Shown here: one piece after another, positions 42,206 through 55,779 of the stretch
How the letters are laid out: every line of letters begins with the position of its first letter
How positions within the stretch are numbered: the first letter of the stretch is position 1
Assembly: GCF_009914755.1 (NCBI RefSeq)
Contig: NC_060928.1
Length of the DNA: 64,000 bases
Direction: 5' to 3' (one strand)
Origin: the human T2T-CHM13v2.0 reference genome, Homo sapiens
The notes under the pieces: generated by a model
The model's database searches: none
What the model was told of the DNA's origin: nothing
The model's input: only the letters and a program-made list of their open reading frames with translations
Position numbers and translations under genes: made by a program

Positions 42206-42505
42206 AACTGTTATCAGGCTATAATTAGACGTCAAAAGAATTCTATAAATGTTTTAAACGCAAACTTCCAATTCTATTGAAAAGAATCCAAAGGAATGTC
42301 CAAATCCTTTAAATGTTTTGGAATTTTGCGAATCAAATATTGCTTTACATAAACAACTGTTATCAGGCTATATAATTAGATGTAAGAAGAATTCTATAAA
42401 TGCTTTAAACACAAACTTCCAATTCCATTGAAAAGAATCCAAAGGAATGTCCAAATCCTTTAAATGTTTTGGAATTTCACAAATGAAGTATTGCTTTAAA
42501 TAAAC
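42206..42505 (+). repeat. Tandem duplication, 2 x ~150 bp
   Basis: Copies 42206-42354 and 42355-42505; about 12 substitutions and one 2-bp indel by hand alignment. Confidence 0.95.
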
Positions 42506-43329
42506 AATCTGCTGGCTCGAACTGAAACTTATGCTGAAATGTTTATTATAAAGTTAATTATTGGCAAAATATATCTAAGTTTTTATAACCTTGTGGAAAT
42601 TTCACCTATCAAAAAGAATTAGAATTTTGGCTTCAGTTGAACTTGAACTTTATTATTGTTTCACTTATAATTCTTCCAATTGTTCTTTGAAAGCATTTTG
42701 TAGTGAACAGATTTGAACTTGTCTGGGAATCAGTTCAATGAATGGAGCTGCTTTGGGTAAATAGCTCTGTGTTTATTCTTATAAAATGTGTTTCATGCCA
42801 TTGCTTTCAGCTAGCAAATATATTTCTAATATAGGATGAAAGCATCTCTGCCCCAAAGATAAAATATGCTAAGAAACATGCATTAGGAAATGCAGATTTA
42901 GAAAATAGGTATCTTGGAGACCTATGTAAAAACTTCCTTCCACAGGTGCACTTAGGTTTACTCTTTATTACTCAGGCTAAAAGTTTATGCCACAGGGATG
43001 TCTCAGTGGATATCAGTGTGGTTCATGACAACAAGATCCCTTAATGCCAGAATAGGGCTATTCCTCAAAGCTTTTTTACACTATACACACCTCTTTAATA
43101 GCATTTAGTTCATCACACTGACATTATTTGTATAATTGCCTGTCTCTCTTTCATCTTCACTGACCTAAACTGTGGTCCCTAGCAGTCAGCAACTGCCTCT
43201 GCTGTCTAGCTTTCTGTTATCTGATCTAAATAAAAAGTAACAAAAATTCTATTTGAGCAATAAGAAAGTCATGCCACAGAGGGTAAATTGAAAGTTACGG
43301 CTTTTTGGATCTCAATGGCTTCCTGGTAG

Positions 43330-43580
43330 CAATTAACGCATACTAAGCACTGCTTTAGTTGCCAGGCTTTATGGAGCACATCTCATCCATGTTAATGTGT
43401 GCAGGACTCACAACTGGCCTATGCCGTATGCCTATTAGTCATACTATTTTAAACATGAGGAACCAAAGCTCAGATTGGTTAAGTAACATGTCCAAGGCCA
43501 TACAGCTAGTAAGAGGTACCACCTGGATTGGGACCCAGGCAAAGCAACCCCCGGGGCCACAATCCTAATCATCACATTTC
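43330..43580 (-). mobile_element. MIR
   Basis: ATTTTAAACATGAGGAACCAAAGCTCAGATTGGTTAAGTAACATGTCCAAGGCCATACAGCTAGTAAG. Confidence 0.75.
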
Positions 43581-44195
43581 ATGCCTCTATGACATCGTTT
43601 AAAAGAATGTGAATGACCTGTTATTGGAGAAAAGAAAGATGGTGCAGAGCAATATGCCTAGAAAATAAAAATAATAAATAATGCTCGTATGTTTGTAGAA
43701 TCAGGAGTGGAGGTACACATCCAATGCCTCTAAGTGTGTAGACTATCTCTTAAGAGGAAGCACAGGAAAATGGTTACCAAGGTGTCCTCTAGGAAAGGAA
43801 CAGGGAGCCTGAGGGCCCAGGGTGAAGAAAACATGTTTTGCTATGTCTCCTTTTGGACAATTTGAATTTTTTTTTTTTTACCATAGATATATATTACCTT
43901 TTCTAAAACACAAATATCATTTTGAATCTCCTTGAGCATTCCCTAGCTCTTCAGATACTTGTCAGGCTGAAACAGTACTTGGTGGCATTTACTTCATACT
44001 ATAATTCCTTCCATCCAGCTTCGTTTCACTCATGACAATAGCCTTTAGTATTATAGCACAGAGGTTTCGCCGTGAAAAGGTACCACACTTGAAAAAGAGT
44101 GTGAGAGACCAAAAAAAGAAGGAAATTGGTCAAAGCCTATTCTTATGGTATTTTGACTTGGACTTTAAAAACCAATTCTGATTACAAAGCAACAC

Positions 44196-44897
<702 letters not shown>

Positions 44898-45096
44898 CGC
44901 TACTATTAGTCAACTCTGTGCTCTCCTTTCAGCCCCACCCAGGGATTTCCTTGTCCTAATGTTGGGGCTGAGAGCTGGGTCTCTGGGCTACTTATCTTGA
45001 AGAATGTTGCTAGGTAATCTTTGCAAGGAAAAGCCAGTGCAGGGGGAGTCATGCCATGGTTTGGCCTGAGTGAAAGCGCTGTTCCCTCCTTTCTAG

Positions 45097-45219
45097 GTGG
45101 TATCACGGCAACCTCACACGCCATGCTGCTGAAGCTCTTCTCCTCTCAAATGGATGTGACGGCAGCTACCTTCTGAGGGACAGCAATGAGACCACCGGGC
45201 TGTACTCTCTCTCTGTGAG
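45097..45219 (+). CDS. DAPP1: DAPP1 coding exon 2 (SH2 N-half)
   Basis: tttctag|G TGG TAT CAC; WYHGNLTRHAAEALLLSNGCDGSYLLRDSNETTGLYSLSV (SH2 WYHG and FLVRES-like YLLRDS); AG|gtaagg; 123 nt. Confidence 0.97.
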
Positions 45220-46206
45220 GTAAGGTGCTTCAGGGCTCTACGACTTCAGCATGGGCTCCTCTGTCACTTACTGACTTTATCATCACTCAAATTGCCAGAC
45301 AGCAAAACTTCCCAATTCCTGTTGGACCACCAGGTTAAAGGATTCCAAACTCTAAATGATGAGGGTGTAAAACAACATTCCTGCTCCATTCATTAGCAGG
45401 AAAAAAATTGTTAGAGCTGGAGGAGACATGAGGAATTATTTGATGGAAACCTTTCATGGGACTGTTGAAGAATCTGAAACCCAAAGCGGTGGAATGTCTG
45501 GTACCTCAAAAATCAACAATAGAAACAGTGCCAGAATCCAAATTCCTGACACCTGGCTCAGTGTCCTTTTCACTATTCTTTGATTTCTCTGTAAATGCAG
45601 AATGATTTATGACTGTACGGCTTTCATAGTCACAACCTCAAGGAGGCAATATACATGTTTAAAATTTTTCCTATAGTGGGCTAGCTTTTCATATTGAGTC
45701 TCTATTTCTCCCAAATGGTAAGAAAGTTAATCCAGTCCCCACCAGGTTCATACAGCCAAATGCAGTCATTGTCCAGATCTTTCAGGTCCTCCCCACCTCA
45801 CACCCCCTTCTTTCTGTCTGGTGCCCCAGATCAGAGAGGCTGACCAAGCTTCTGGTAGTCAGGGGAGGCGGCTGGTTCTCAGTCGCATCTGACACTCTGG
45901 CTTCCACTGACATGTAGCAAGTATTCTTGGGTTTTTAGGCGCTTCTCCATGGATTAGGCAGGGGATGTAAGGACTCCATGAAATTTCCCTCAGCCACCCA
46001 CCCATTAAGCTCAAACTGTTATTGTGTTACTGTTCTGATGGCACCTCCATATACCCTGGAGAGTCACTCTTCCCTTCATAGTGCAGTTCCTCAAGCTAAT
46101 CTGGCCTCAGAGGCTCTCTCACTTCTTTCCCAGTCTACACGGTCACTACTGGTCACTAACTCAGTAGCAGCATTCACATTGTCTCTTTGGGCTCTGGGCC
46201 TTGCTT

Positions 46207-46816
46207 CTATATTCATTTTCTATGCTACATAACAAATTATCAAAAACTTAGGGACTTAAAGCAACGCAACTGGATTATCTCACAGTTTCTGGCTGGATTC
46301 TCTGTCCAGGATCCTACCAGGCTGAAATAAAGGTGTTGGAGAAGCTTGTGGCTCTGATCTGGTATTTAGTGTCTTCTTCCTTCATTTTCTCCTTTCCTCT
46401 TCATCCTTTTTCATCCATTCCCTTGCTGCCGTAGAACTGAGGTCCTCCTTTTCCTTTTAGCTGTCAGCCAGGGGCCATTCTCAACTCCTAGACGCCACCC
46501 ACAGTTCTTTGCCACATGGCACCCATGGCTGTTTACCACATGGGTGTTTGCTTTCTTGCATGCCAGCCAGAACACATCTCCCTGACTTTTTCTTCTGTGA
46601 GCAGCCAGAGAAAACTCTGTTTTACAGGGCTCATGTGATTAGTTCAGGCCCACTCAGATAATGTCCATATCTTAACATCAACTGACTTGGGACTTTATGA
46701 CCTGCTAAATCCCTTCCCAGTAGCATGTAGACTAGTTTTTGATTGAATAATTGGGATAAAGTGTGTGTACTCCAGGGGCTGGGATTTGGGATCATCTTAG
46801 AATGCTGCCTGCCACA
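46207..46816 (-). mobile_element. MLT1E/F-type MaLR LTR
   Basis: TTTTCTATGCTACATAACAAATTATCAAAAACTTAG..CATCTTAGAATGCTGCCTGCCACA. Confidence 0.7.
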
Positions 46817-47117
46817 ACTCCCATTCCTGGAACAGTGAAAATCTACAGGCCTACTTGAAGTGGGTGGGTGTGCGAAACAGGTAGAGGGTGATGGGGTAAG
46901 TAGGGGTCACAGAGGAAAAACAAGCATATTCATTAACATTTCTCATGTCACCCTGTTATATTTTATTTATAAATTTTCTGAATAACATAGATGAAAAAAT
47001 TATTAATCCAAGATGGAATTCTGTTTGAGTGGCAACAAGAATTGTGCTTTCTCTGCTCAACAGCAAATGTTAAAAGTTCATCTAATGGTTAAGTTGTAGA
47101 TGCTTTATTGCACACAT

Positions 47118-47596
47118 CAGAGGTCCTCAACCTTTTTGGCACCAGGGACAATTTTGCCACAGACCGGAGCAGCGGCAGATGGTTTTGGGATGATTCAAGT
47201 GCATTACATTTATTGTGTGTTTTATTTTTGTTATTATTACACTGTAATGTATAATGAAATAATTATACAACTCACCATCATTCAGAATCAGTGGGAGCCC
47301 TGAACTTGTTTTCCTGCTACTAGATGGTCCCATCTGGGGGTGATGGGAGACAGTGACAGTTCGTCAGGCATTAGATTAACATCAGAGGCACACAGCCTAG
47401 ATCCCTTGCATGTGCAGTTCACAATAGGGTTTGCACTCCTATGAGAATCTATTGCCTCTACTGATCTGATAGGAGGTGGAGCTCATTGAGAATGCAAACA
47501 ATGGGGAGCAACTATAAATAAAAATGAGCTTCGCTAGCTCACCCATCACTCGTTTTCTTGCTACGTGGCTGGCAGGGGGATGGATGGGGACCCCTG
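47118..47596. mobile_element. MER1A hAT-Charlie element
   Basis: CAGAGGTCCTCAACCTTTTTGGCACCAGGGAC..GGGGACCCCTG termini. Confidence 0.85.
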
Positions 47597-47924
47597 GCAT
47601 GAATCTTCCAAAAATGAAAAGTTAATTAACTTTTCACCTATGTATGTCTCATCTGAGCAATTAGATCATAAGCTTTTTATAAATCAATGACATACATATT
47701 TCATATACATAAAAAATAAAGAATAAATTATTGATTTTCATTGCAAGCACTAGAGAATGCTTATTAAAAAAATGACCAGCAGAGGTGACAAAAACCACAG
47801 ACTAATTCAGGAGAATGACTATTTTTGTTTTATGAACAAATATTCACTTATTTGTTCATTCTTTTAATGATGAATATTTGAAAGCATTTATTCTGCACCA
47901 GCCACTTTGGTACGTGTTGTAGAA

Positions 47925-48222
47925 CAGTGGTCCCCAACCTTTTTGGCACCAGGGGCTGGTTTTGTGGAAAATGCGGGTTCAGGATGAAACTGTTCCACCT
48001 CAGATCATCAGGTATTAGATTCTCATGAGGAGTGTGCCACCTAGATCCTTCACATGTGCAGTTCCCAATAGGGTTCAGGCTCCTGAGACTCTAATGCCAT
48101 CACTGATCTGACAGGAGGCAGAGCTCAGGCAGTAATGCTTGCTCACCCACTGCTCACCTCCTGCTGTGCGGCCTGGTTCCTAACAGGTACCCAGTCTGCA
48201 GCCCCAGGATAGGGGATCCCTG
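47925..48222. mobile_element. MER1B hAT-Charlie element (within an L2-like remnant)
   Basis: CAGTGGTCCCCAACC..GGGGATCCCTG termini; 8-bp TSD TTGTAGAA/CTGTAGAA. Confidence 0.88.
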
Positions 48223-48562
48223 CTGTAGAAGATTGAAATACCTTATTTTGGGGAATTACAGCCTCACAGAGCCAAAAAGACCACATACAAGTAACATACT
48301 ACAAAGTAGAGGTTGACAAATAACATAAAAGAAAGCAAGATAAGTGTTTAGGTGGTTCAGAAGGGAAAAAGCAGTTAACTTAAGCTGGAATTATCATGTA
48401 ATACTTGACAGAGGAGGTGGTACTTGAACTGCACCTTAATGAGTGGCTGGGATTTCTACCAGCAGAGACAAAGAGAAAGACCGTTTCAGGAAAAAGGAAC
48501 AGTATGAACTAAGGGACAGAAGTGGAAACTCCTTGAAGAGCAGTAGATCCAGTTGGACTAGG

Positions 48563-48735
48563 GCAGCTGTTCTAAAGGTGTGGTCCCCAGACCAGGTGTG
48601 TCACCTAAGAACATGCTAGGAATGCACAGTCTCAGGCCCCACCTTGGATCTACCGAATCTCAATCTGCAGGGGTGGAGGTGGAGGTGGCAGCAAGCTGGG
48701 TTCTCACAAGCCCATCAGATGATTCTGAAGCATGC
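48563..48735. mobile_element. MER5A-type fossil
   Basis: TTCTAAAGGTGTGGTCCCCAGACCAG..CTCAGGCCCCACC..GATGATTCTGA. Confidence 0.7.
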
Positions 48736-48820
48736 TAACATGGTAGCATGGGCTGCACTGAGAGTAATAGCAGGAAGTGAGGCTAGAAAGATAGAATGGG
48801 ATCAAATAAAGTGGAGAGGC

Positions 48821-48905
48821 AGATATATATATATAGATATATATAGATATCTATAGATATATATAGATTAGATATCTATAGATATATATATAGATATATA
48901 TATAT
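48821..48905. repeat. AT-rich compound (TA)n/(TAGA) microsatellite
   Basis: AGATATATATATATAGATATATATAGATATCTATAGATAT... Confidence 0.9.
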
Positions 48906-49253
48906 TGTTTAATACTCTGCCTCATTTCAAAAATGAAGTGGAAAATGACAATGTAGGAAATTTGATATTTTATTCAGTAGGCAGTGGAACATGCACGGGA
49001 GGAAAAGGGCTAGGCTCACGTAACTAATCAAGCGACAGAGCTGAATTCTGATTGACTCCCAAACAAGCAAGGGAGAAAAGCCCAAGGCAGAGGAGAGTGT
49101 GGTGAGGGTGTCATATGTCATTTCTATCATTCCTATTCTCTGCCCTTCTTAAACTCATGCCCCTTAGCAGCATAATGTTCAAGGACTCTTTTGGTAAGTC
49201 TAGGAGTAGATAGGGAGAACAGTCTCTTGTCTTCCATTAGAGTGAAAAGTTGA

Positions 49254-49571
49254 GGCTGGGCGTGGTGGCTAACGCCTGTAATCTCAACACTTTGGGAAGC
49301 CGAGGCAGGAGGATCACCTGAGGTCAGGAGTTCAAGACAAGCCTGGCCAACATGGCAAAACCCAGTCTTTACTAAATATACAAAAATTAGCCAGGCATCG
49401 TGGCAGACACCTATAATCCCAGATACTCAGGAGGCTGAGGCCAGAGAATCACTTGAATCCAGGAGGCGGAGGTTGCAGTGAGCCTAGATCATGCCACTGC
49501 ACTCCAGCCTGGGGGACAGAGCAAGACTCTGTCTCAAAATAGTAAATAAATAAATGAATTAATTAATTAAT
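49254..49571 (+). mobile_element. AluS-type element ~190 bp upstream of exon 3
   Basis: Full dimer, TAAA/TTAA tail, TSD AAAAGTTGA at 49245-49253 and 49572-49580. Confidence 0.95.
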
Positions 49572-49762
49572 AAAAGTTGAAAAGAGCAAACTCTGCCAAA
49601 AGAAACTAGTGATGCTATTTAAAACTGTCAGTGGTTTCAATGATTGCCTAATTCTCAGTTCTTATAAAGGGTTAATAGTGATGCTAACATCTGAGATCAT
49701 ATTTCCCTTCAACAAGATATTTATTTGTTAAATAATATTAAATACTTCTTTTTCCCTTTTAG

Positions 49763-49896
49763 GGCCAAAGATTCTGTTAAACACTTTCATGTTGAATATA
49801 CTGGATATTCATTTAAATTTGGCTTTAATGAATTCTCATCTTTGAAGGATTTTGTCAAGCATTTTGCAAATCAGCCTTTGATTGGAAGCGAGACAG
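49763..49896 (+). CDS. DAPP1: DAPP1 coding exon 3 (SH2 C-half)
   Basis: cttttag|G GCC AAA; AKDSVKHFHVEYTGYSFKFGFNEFSSLKDFVKHFANQPLIGSET; AG|gtaagc; 134 nt. Confidence 0.97.
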
Positions 49897-52324
49897 GTAA
49901 GCTATGAGCAGACACTTGACTTATGAAATAATGTTTCGGGATGGAGGAGAGACAAGGCAGATTTCAATTTAAGAATGTCATTGTTGTCATTTATATTTCA
50001 GCATTATCTTGAAGAGAAAACAATGTATTTTGTATAAAGTAGATATTTTCTCAGAATGTGTTACTTAATGGATTGATTAAAAGCACACAATTTCTTTAAA
50101 ATGGGCTCACCATTTTAAAATAACATATACAATACACACAAAAAGAACAAAGGTAAAAATGACTTTTTGATTACTCATAATTTCAGATATAGGCAGTTTG
50201 CATATGAGTGAGACCCACAGAAGTAAATTTTGAGCATTTTAAAAACTAAAATTCCCACTTAAATGTTCACAGAGATCACTGAATATTGAAAATATTAACT
50301 AGGAAGCACTCTCCTAAGTTATAAAATTCTGTTTCTATTGTCACGGTTTTTTAAATAAGATTTTAAGCTAGACTTAACTATGGCTGGAAAAGTTTGAATT
50401 TTCCTGTTTGAATGGTTAGAGAATTAAACCAGAAAAAAATTCATGTGTAAAGAAAAAAAACACAAAAAACAGTCTATCTTGGCACTTGAATTATCTAAGA
50501 TTGAACATCTTGTTTATTTATATTATTTTAATGAAGTAAAATATCATCCCTGTATTTGTGATATAGAATCACAACACTTTTGTCCTAAATAATGATAAAT
50601 CTTAGTTAATCAAAGACTAGGAAATTCCAAGAACCTGCGGCACAAGAGGAACTCAAGACTTAATAACACAACCAGTTACCATGAGTTTGTACATACGTGT
50701 TTTCTTGGCAAACTTGCCAGTGGGCTTTCTGTTAACTTCAGTGTGATGGGAAGAGATGGCATCATTGGCTTCTGTCTTTTCTGCTATTTATGTGGTGTGG
50801 GTAGTCCCTGATGTGACTCACACAGTGTCTAGTATACATGAAGTGCACAGCGGAAACTAGAAAATAGTTGCTCTGCTTTATACTGACCACACCAAGCCCA
50901 AGAAAGAATAACCCAAACTACGAAATGAAGTTATAACCTTTTTTTCCTTCTTTCTCCTGGTATAAATTCTCCCAATCAACCCTGAAAATTACTTCACCAT
51001 TTAACAAGCAGTTGTTCCCATGAACAAATGGCCAGTGGAGGTGTATTTATTTCCACTGCTACCTTGGCCTTGGCAAGCATTTCAGTTTCTCAAATCCCTT
51101 CACTTCAGTCTCCTTTCCTGCTTGCATCCAATTCCACACTTGATTTTGTTCAGTTATTGGTCACTGGCCATGTAGAGGAGATTTTTAAAGCCAGGGTTTT
51201 GTTTTGTGTACCTCTAATTTTTGTATTTCATATCCGCCAGGTCCTGGCCCACTGCAGGGCATTTTGGGTGAATAAATAAATGAATACATGGATAACTATG
51301 AGTAAGAACTCTTTGTAGTCTTCAAAGCCACTAGAGTTGTCATTTTTCTACTTTCTCTTTTTCTTCCAACCAAAGACAGCTCCCTTCTTTTAAATTCTTC
51401 TCCTAGACTCTATTTTCAACTTCTTTGATCATTCCCTGTGCTCCTTCCTGGGCCTTCTCCAAGTTAGGGAAAAGATACATATTCTGCCTACTGGCAGATT
51501 TCAAAACATTTAAGATCAAAGTGAAGGCAGTGCTTTCTGGTTGAACCTTTCTGGCACTGATCCAATCATCAGGCAAGAGGATCACCTAAGGATGCGCCAA
51601 AATAAAGATGTTTTGATATTGCATTTGGGACAATGATAAGCTTCCTTGTAAATACACTGTTCTGAGTAAAGAAGCCTTATGATTGATGCATTAGGGATTG
51701 TAAGGATTTGTCATCCAGACTTCTACAGTAGTTTCTCTAAAACTCAAACCTGCTGTATTATTATCTTGACTACAATTGCCATTTTATTTATTACAATATA
51801 ACTCAGGAACCTAATATTTTTATCCTCTCCACTGCCTCTCCTCTGTTCTATTCATTATCCAATGAAGAATTTGCTGCTGTTTGAATTCCTGCTTTCGGCC
51901 CCTCGTGCTGATGGATATGCACTTGACTTGCTGGCTTCCAGCCCTTGAGTTAGAGTCCACCAGCTTTATTCCTCTTATCTGTCCCAGCCAGATGAAGGGA
52001 AAGCCATCAGGGCTAGGAACAACAGGCAAAACCCATGACAGATGAGTGTTCAAATCTTGCCCCTCTGGGAGTAATAGGCCTTGGGAAACAAGATAATGTG
52101 CTCAAGTCATGATGACTTGTAAGCCCAGAAATTCCTCAAGGTTACGGAGTCAGCATTGCAGACTATAAAGAATGGTGAATGGAAACTGACATGCCACCTT
52201 CTAAAAATAGGCCTTTTCTTCTTGTTCATTTAAGCATGGGCTCCTAGTATTGGCTCCCAGTGATCAGAAGATCTTCAGGCTAACGATTTCATGTTCACCT
52301 TCAGATGAAGTACAGATATTTCTT

Positions 52325-52430
52325 TCTTTTTTTTTTTTTTTTTGAGACGGAGTCTCGCTCTGTCGCCCAGGCTGGAGTGCAGTGGCGCGATCTCGGCCCA
52401 CTGCAAGCTCCGCCTCCCGGGTTCACGCCA
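52325..52430 (-). mobile_element. 5'-truncated young AluY
   Basis: 87 bp of right-arm end plus polyA; perfect 18-bp TSD GAAGTACAGATATTTCTT at 52307-52324 and 52431-52448. Confidence 0.96.
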
Positions 52431-53524
52431 GAAGTACAGATATTTCTTATAGCTTATGTTTGATTAACATCACCAGGAAAAGCATTTGTCCACACAATGG
52501 ACAAGCCCCTCCCAGGGCTCTCAACTTCAGATTACCAGAATGACAAGGACTAGAATTGGATATTTCAGGCCACTGCTCTCAGCCAGACCCCACCCAGGCC
52601 CAGCCTCACCCTGCAGGGTCTAGAGGGTAAGTTTATTAAAGAGTGACTTTCTTATAATACATTTATCTACTGGCACAAGTGGTATTACCTTTGAGGGCAA
52701 CAGAAATGATATCCAAATAGCCAAAACTTTACACTTTTGCCTTGCAGTTATATATAATGCCTTCAGTAGAGTGAAACCCAGAATATTTGATTTTGGGTCG
52801 TAAGAACATTTTTGCACTCAAAATAGATAAAAGTGTTGACCTAAGGGGATTAATGCTATTTTAAGATATCTTTTTTTTCTATTCCCTACTCTTTACACTT
52901 TTAGGATTTCTGTTTGCTAATCTGAAAAGCAAGGATTTCCTAAGCAACATCTAAGCCTCTTGACAACTTTAAGAGTATTTTATGATAATTTCCCTTTCCC
53001 TTGCCATAATCTCTATTTCATCTCTCTAATCTCCATTAAAGTTTCTGTTCACTCTAATTTCTTTTTATCAATACCCATAAACACTCTTAAGATACTTCCA
53101 ATTCTCAAAACCTAATAATTTCCCAAGTACATGATAGAGATATACAATGTACTCTCTTGCTTTATTTTTCTCAATGGCCCTTTTACCTTCTGACATCTAT
53201 AATTCACTTATGTTTTTTAAAAAAATACCTTTTTTTCCACACTAGTGTGTGAACTCCATGAAGAAAGGGACTTTTGTCAGCTTTGCTTCCTGCTATGTCC
53301 CAGGACCTGAAAAAATAAGTACTGATCATTTCCACAATATGTCATGCTGGATGCCCCATTTCCAATGCCTGCATTGCAGTTTTTTGCATGGCAACATCAA
53401 AACTAGCAAACTTGTGACAATTTTAACTTTCAAAGTTTATAAAAACATAATTTGAAATGATATTTTGTGTTGCATGTATGCTCAGTGATGATTAAATTCA
53501 GAATTTGCCTTTCATTTGTGATAG

Positions 53525-53811
53525 TGTTGCAGGACTTTTCCTTAGTTCAGCTAAAGATCGGGTCCCTCTCCATCCCACGGCCACAAAAATTTAGGCTCGC
53601 AGACGGTTTGAAGGGTGAGTGAAGCAGGGTTTTATTGGATGAAAAGAAAGAAAAGAGGGAAACAGGGAAGCTAGAGCGCTTCCTGCCCAGCAGTTTGAAT
53701 TCTATGTTCCTCACAGGAAGAGGAGGGGCCAGGCTCCTCCCCACTGCAAAGGACACGAACTTCCTAAGGCTTCACCTCAGTGGGCAGGCCGGTTGGAGTT
53801 TTTCTGTCTCA
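53525..53811 (-). mobile_element. ERV1 solo LTR, MER61-like
   Basis: TG..CA termini, 4-bp TSD ATAG on both sides, - strand AATAAA and terminal AGCTGAACTAAGGAAAAGTCCTGCAACA. Confidence 0.8.
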
Positions 53812-54529
53812 ATAGTAGGATATCAAATAAAACATATTCATGTCTGTGCATGAACTCTAAACTAAACTCAAATAGACTTGAAAATTTGAGAAACTTTTTT
53901 ATTAGTATAAATATGTTTGGTCCATTATTAATTTTGTCGTAGCCTCTTGTAATTAGCTAAGTTTCATATATATAGTCTTGAAAATGTAGACGGCATTTAT
54001 CTTTATGCTTAAATGTCTAAATATGATTAGAACAAAAAATTACTTTTACCATTACCTTTTGTTTATGTTTCAATAATTCTTAACATGAAATTGCCATGTA
54101 TAATTTATTACATTGTATTGTGACTGTAATCACCTAACAGGCATGAAAAAATATAATACAAGTCAAGTTCTATGTTTGTGCTTACCCTTTATAATAATTG
54201 GTTCCCAATTTTAAAGATCTCATCTGGTTTTTTGGTAAATGTCAAATCTCCATTTCTCTTTTTGTTTTGATATGGGGATTCCCAATCTTTTGACGACAGC
54301 TACCGCTATTATTATTTTGTTTTGTGACACCACCCAGGTGATATTTTTAAATAATGTGGTTAAAATTAATTTTAATTTGAGAATTGGGTGGTTCTTCAGA
54401 AAACAACTAGTGACAACTTAGAATTTTTCCAAACTTCCTTGGATGTTTGCCAAAAATACAAAATGTTCTCAGTTTATAGATGAGTTTTATTCGAAAAAGG
54501 AAAAAGCAGCTGAGGAAGGGAATTAAGCC

Positions 54530-54750
54530 AACATTTTTAGAGTGTTTGCTAGGTTCCAGGCATTCACCTACATCAACTTATTTCATCTCAGCCACCCACA
54601 ATAATGCATACAACGGTCCTATTTTCAGATGAGGAAAGGAAAACTCAGAGGTTTTAAGTCACTTGCCCAAGTTTTCACTGCTGGTAAACATCAGGGCTGA
54701 GATTGGAATCTGGGCTAATCTGGTTCTAAAGCATAGATGCTTTCCATGCA
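54530..54750 (-). mobile_element. MIR
   Basis: ATTTTCAGATGAGGAAA..CTCAGAGGTTTTAAGTCACTTGCCCAAG core. Confidence 0.75.
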
Positions 54751-54982
54751 CCTTGCTATCTTTTGAAACTGGTCCCACAATAACAGTACATTGTTGCCAT
54801 GGTACAGTGTGGCCTTAAATGGATTTGGAAGAACTCAGAGCTGAGATTGGAATCTGGGCTAACCTGGTCCTGAAGCATAGATGCTTTCCAGGCACCTTGC
54901 TATCTCTTGAAATTGGTCCTACAGCGACACTGCAATACATTGCTGCCATGGCACAGCATGGCCTTTAATAAATTTGGAAGAA
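54691..54982 (+). repeat. Tandem duplication, 2 x ~145 bp
   Basis: Copies start at 54691 and 54835 (TCAG(G/A)GCTGAGATTGGAATCTGGGCTAA..TTTGGAAGAA); ~85% identical by hand. Confidence 0.92.
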
Positions 54983-55779
54983 TTTCTGCTACAATAATGT
55001 AGTAGAATGATTGTAGGATATGGCAGGGCTGTAACACATGTCTTAGTCCTATCCCTCAGTCTCTTCTTTATCTCTTCTTTAAAGTCTACAATAACATGTT
55101 TGGTACATGAAGTAAACCTATTGTTCTAAAGAGTGTGAATCAACTTTAACTTCTGCCTTTGTATTTATTGTTATTCCCATTTTATTTACATGAATTGCTA
55201 TTTCAGAAATTATACCAGAGGAAACTTTAAAACATAAAAAGGCTGAAAAGAAAACATCCCCCTAAATATACAGGCTCATCTTAGTCATGTGTCTTCAGCA
55301 AGGATATCAAACAGCCTGTCTAAGTATAACAAAGTAAAATAAAATTTACAGCTTGAGAGAGAAACTGAAAGAAAGGGAAAATGAGAGGTAAGATCAAATG
55401 ACAGCAGGAACAAAGTATTTCAAATGAATATTGTACATTTACAGGAAGCAGTACAAGCATTTGGTAATGAAGCTTCTCGATGTTTTTTTCCCCTTATTTG
55501 GGCCTGTATGCTTAGTTAGATTTACAGGATGTTAGAATTGAAAGGGAGCTCAGGGACTATTGCATTTTTCCTTTATAAATGAAGAAACTGAGGCCTGGTT
55601 AGAAATGGGGAAGCAAAAACTCACATCTCCTTTCTCAAGCTGCCTCCTAAAGAATCAATTTCTTCAAACTTTGATTTATACATGTCAACTCTTGCCCACA
55701 ATACAGCACAGTATTTCACATGCCCTAGAAGTTTCCATGGTGACTAGATTGAGGCTGAGAATAATTATGGTATAATGAG

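Noticed and set aside
47118-48222. Two similar elements 330 bp apart suggesting paired LTRs or a composite transposon
   Set aside because: MER1A and MER1B are related families; MER1B has its own 8-bp TSD, so they are independent insertions
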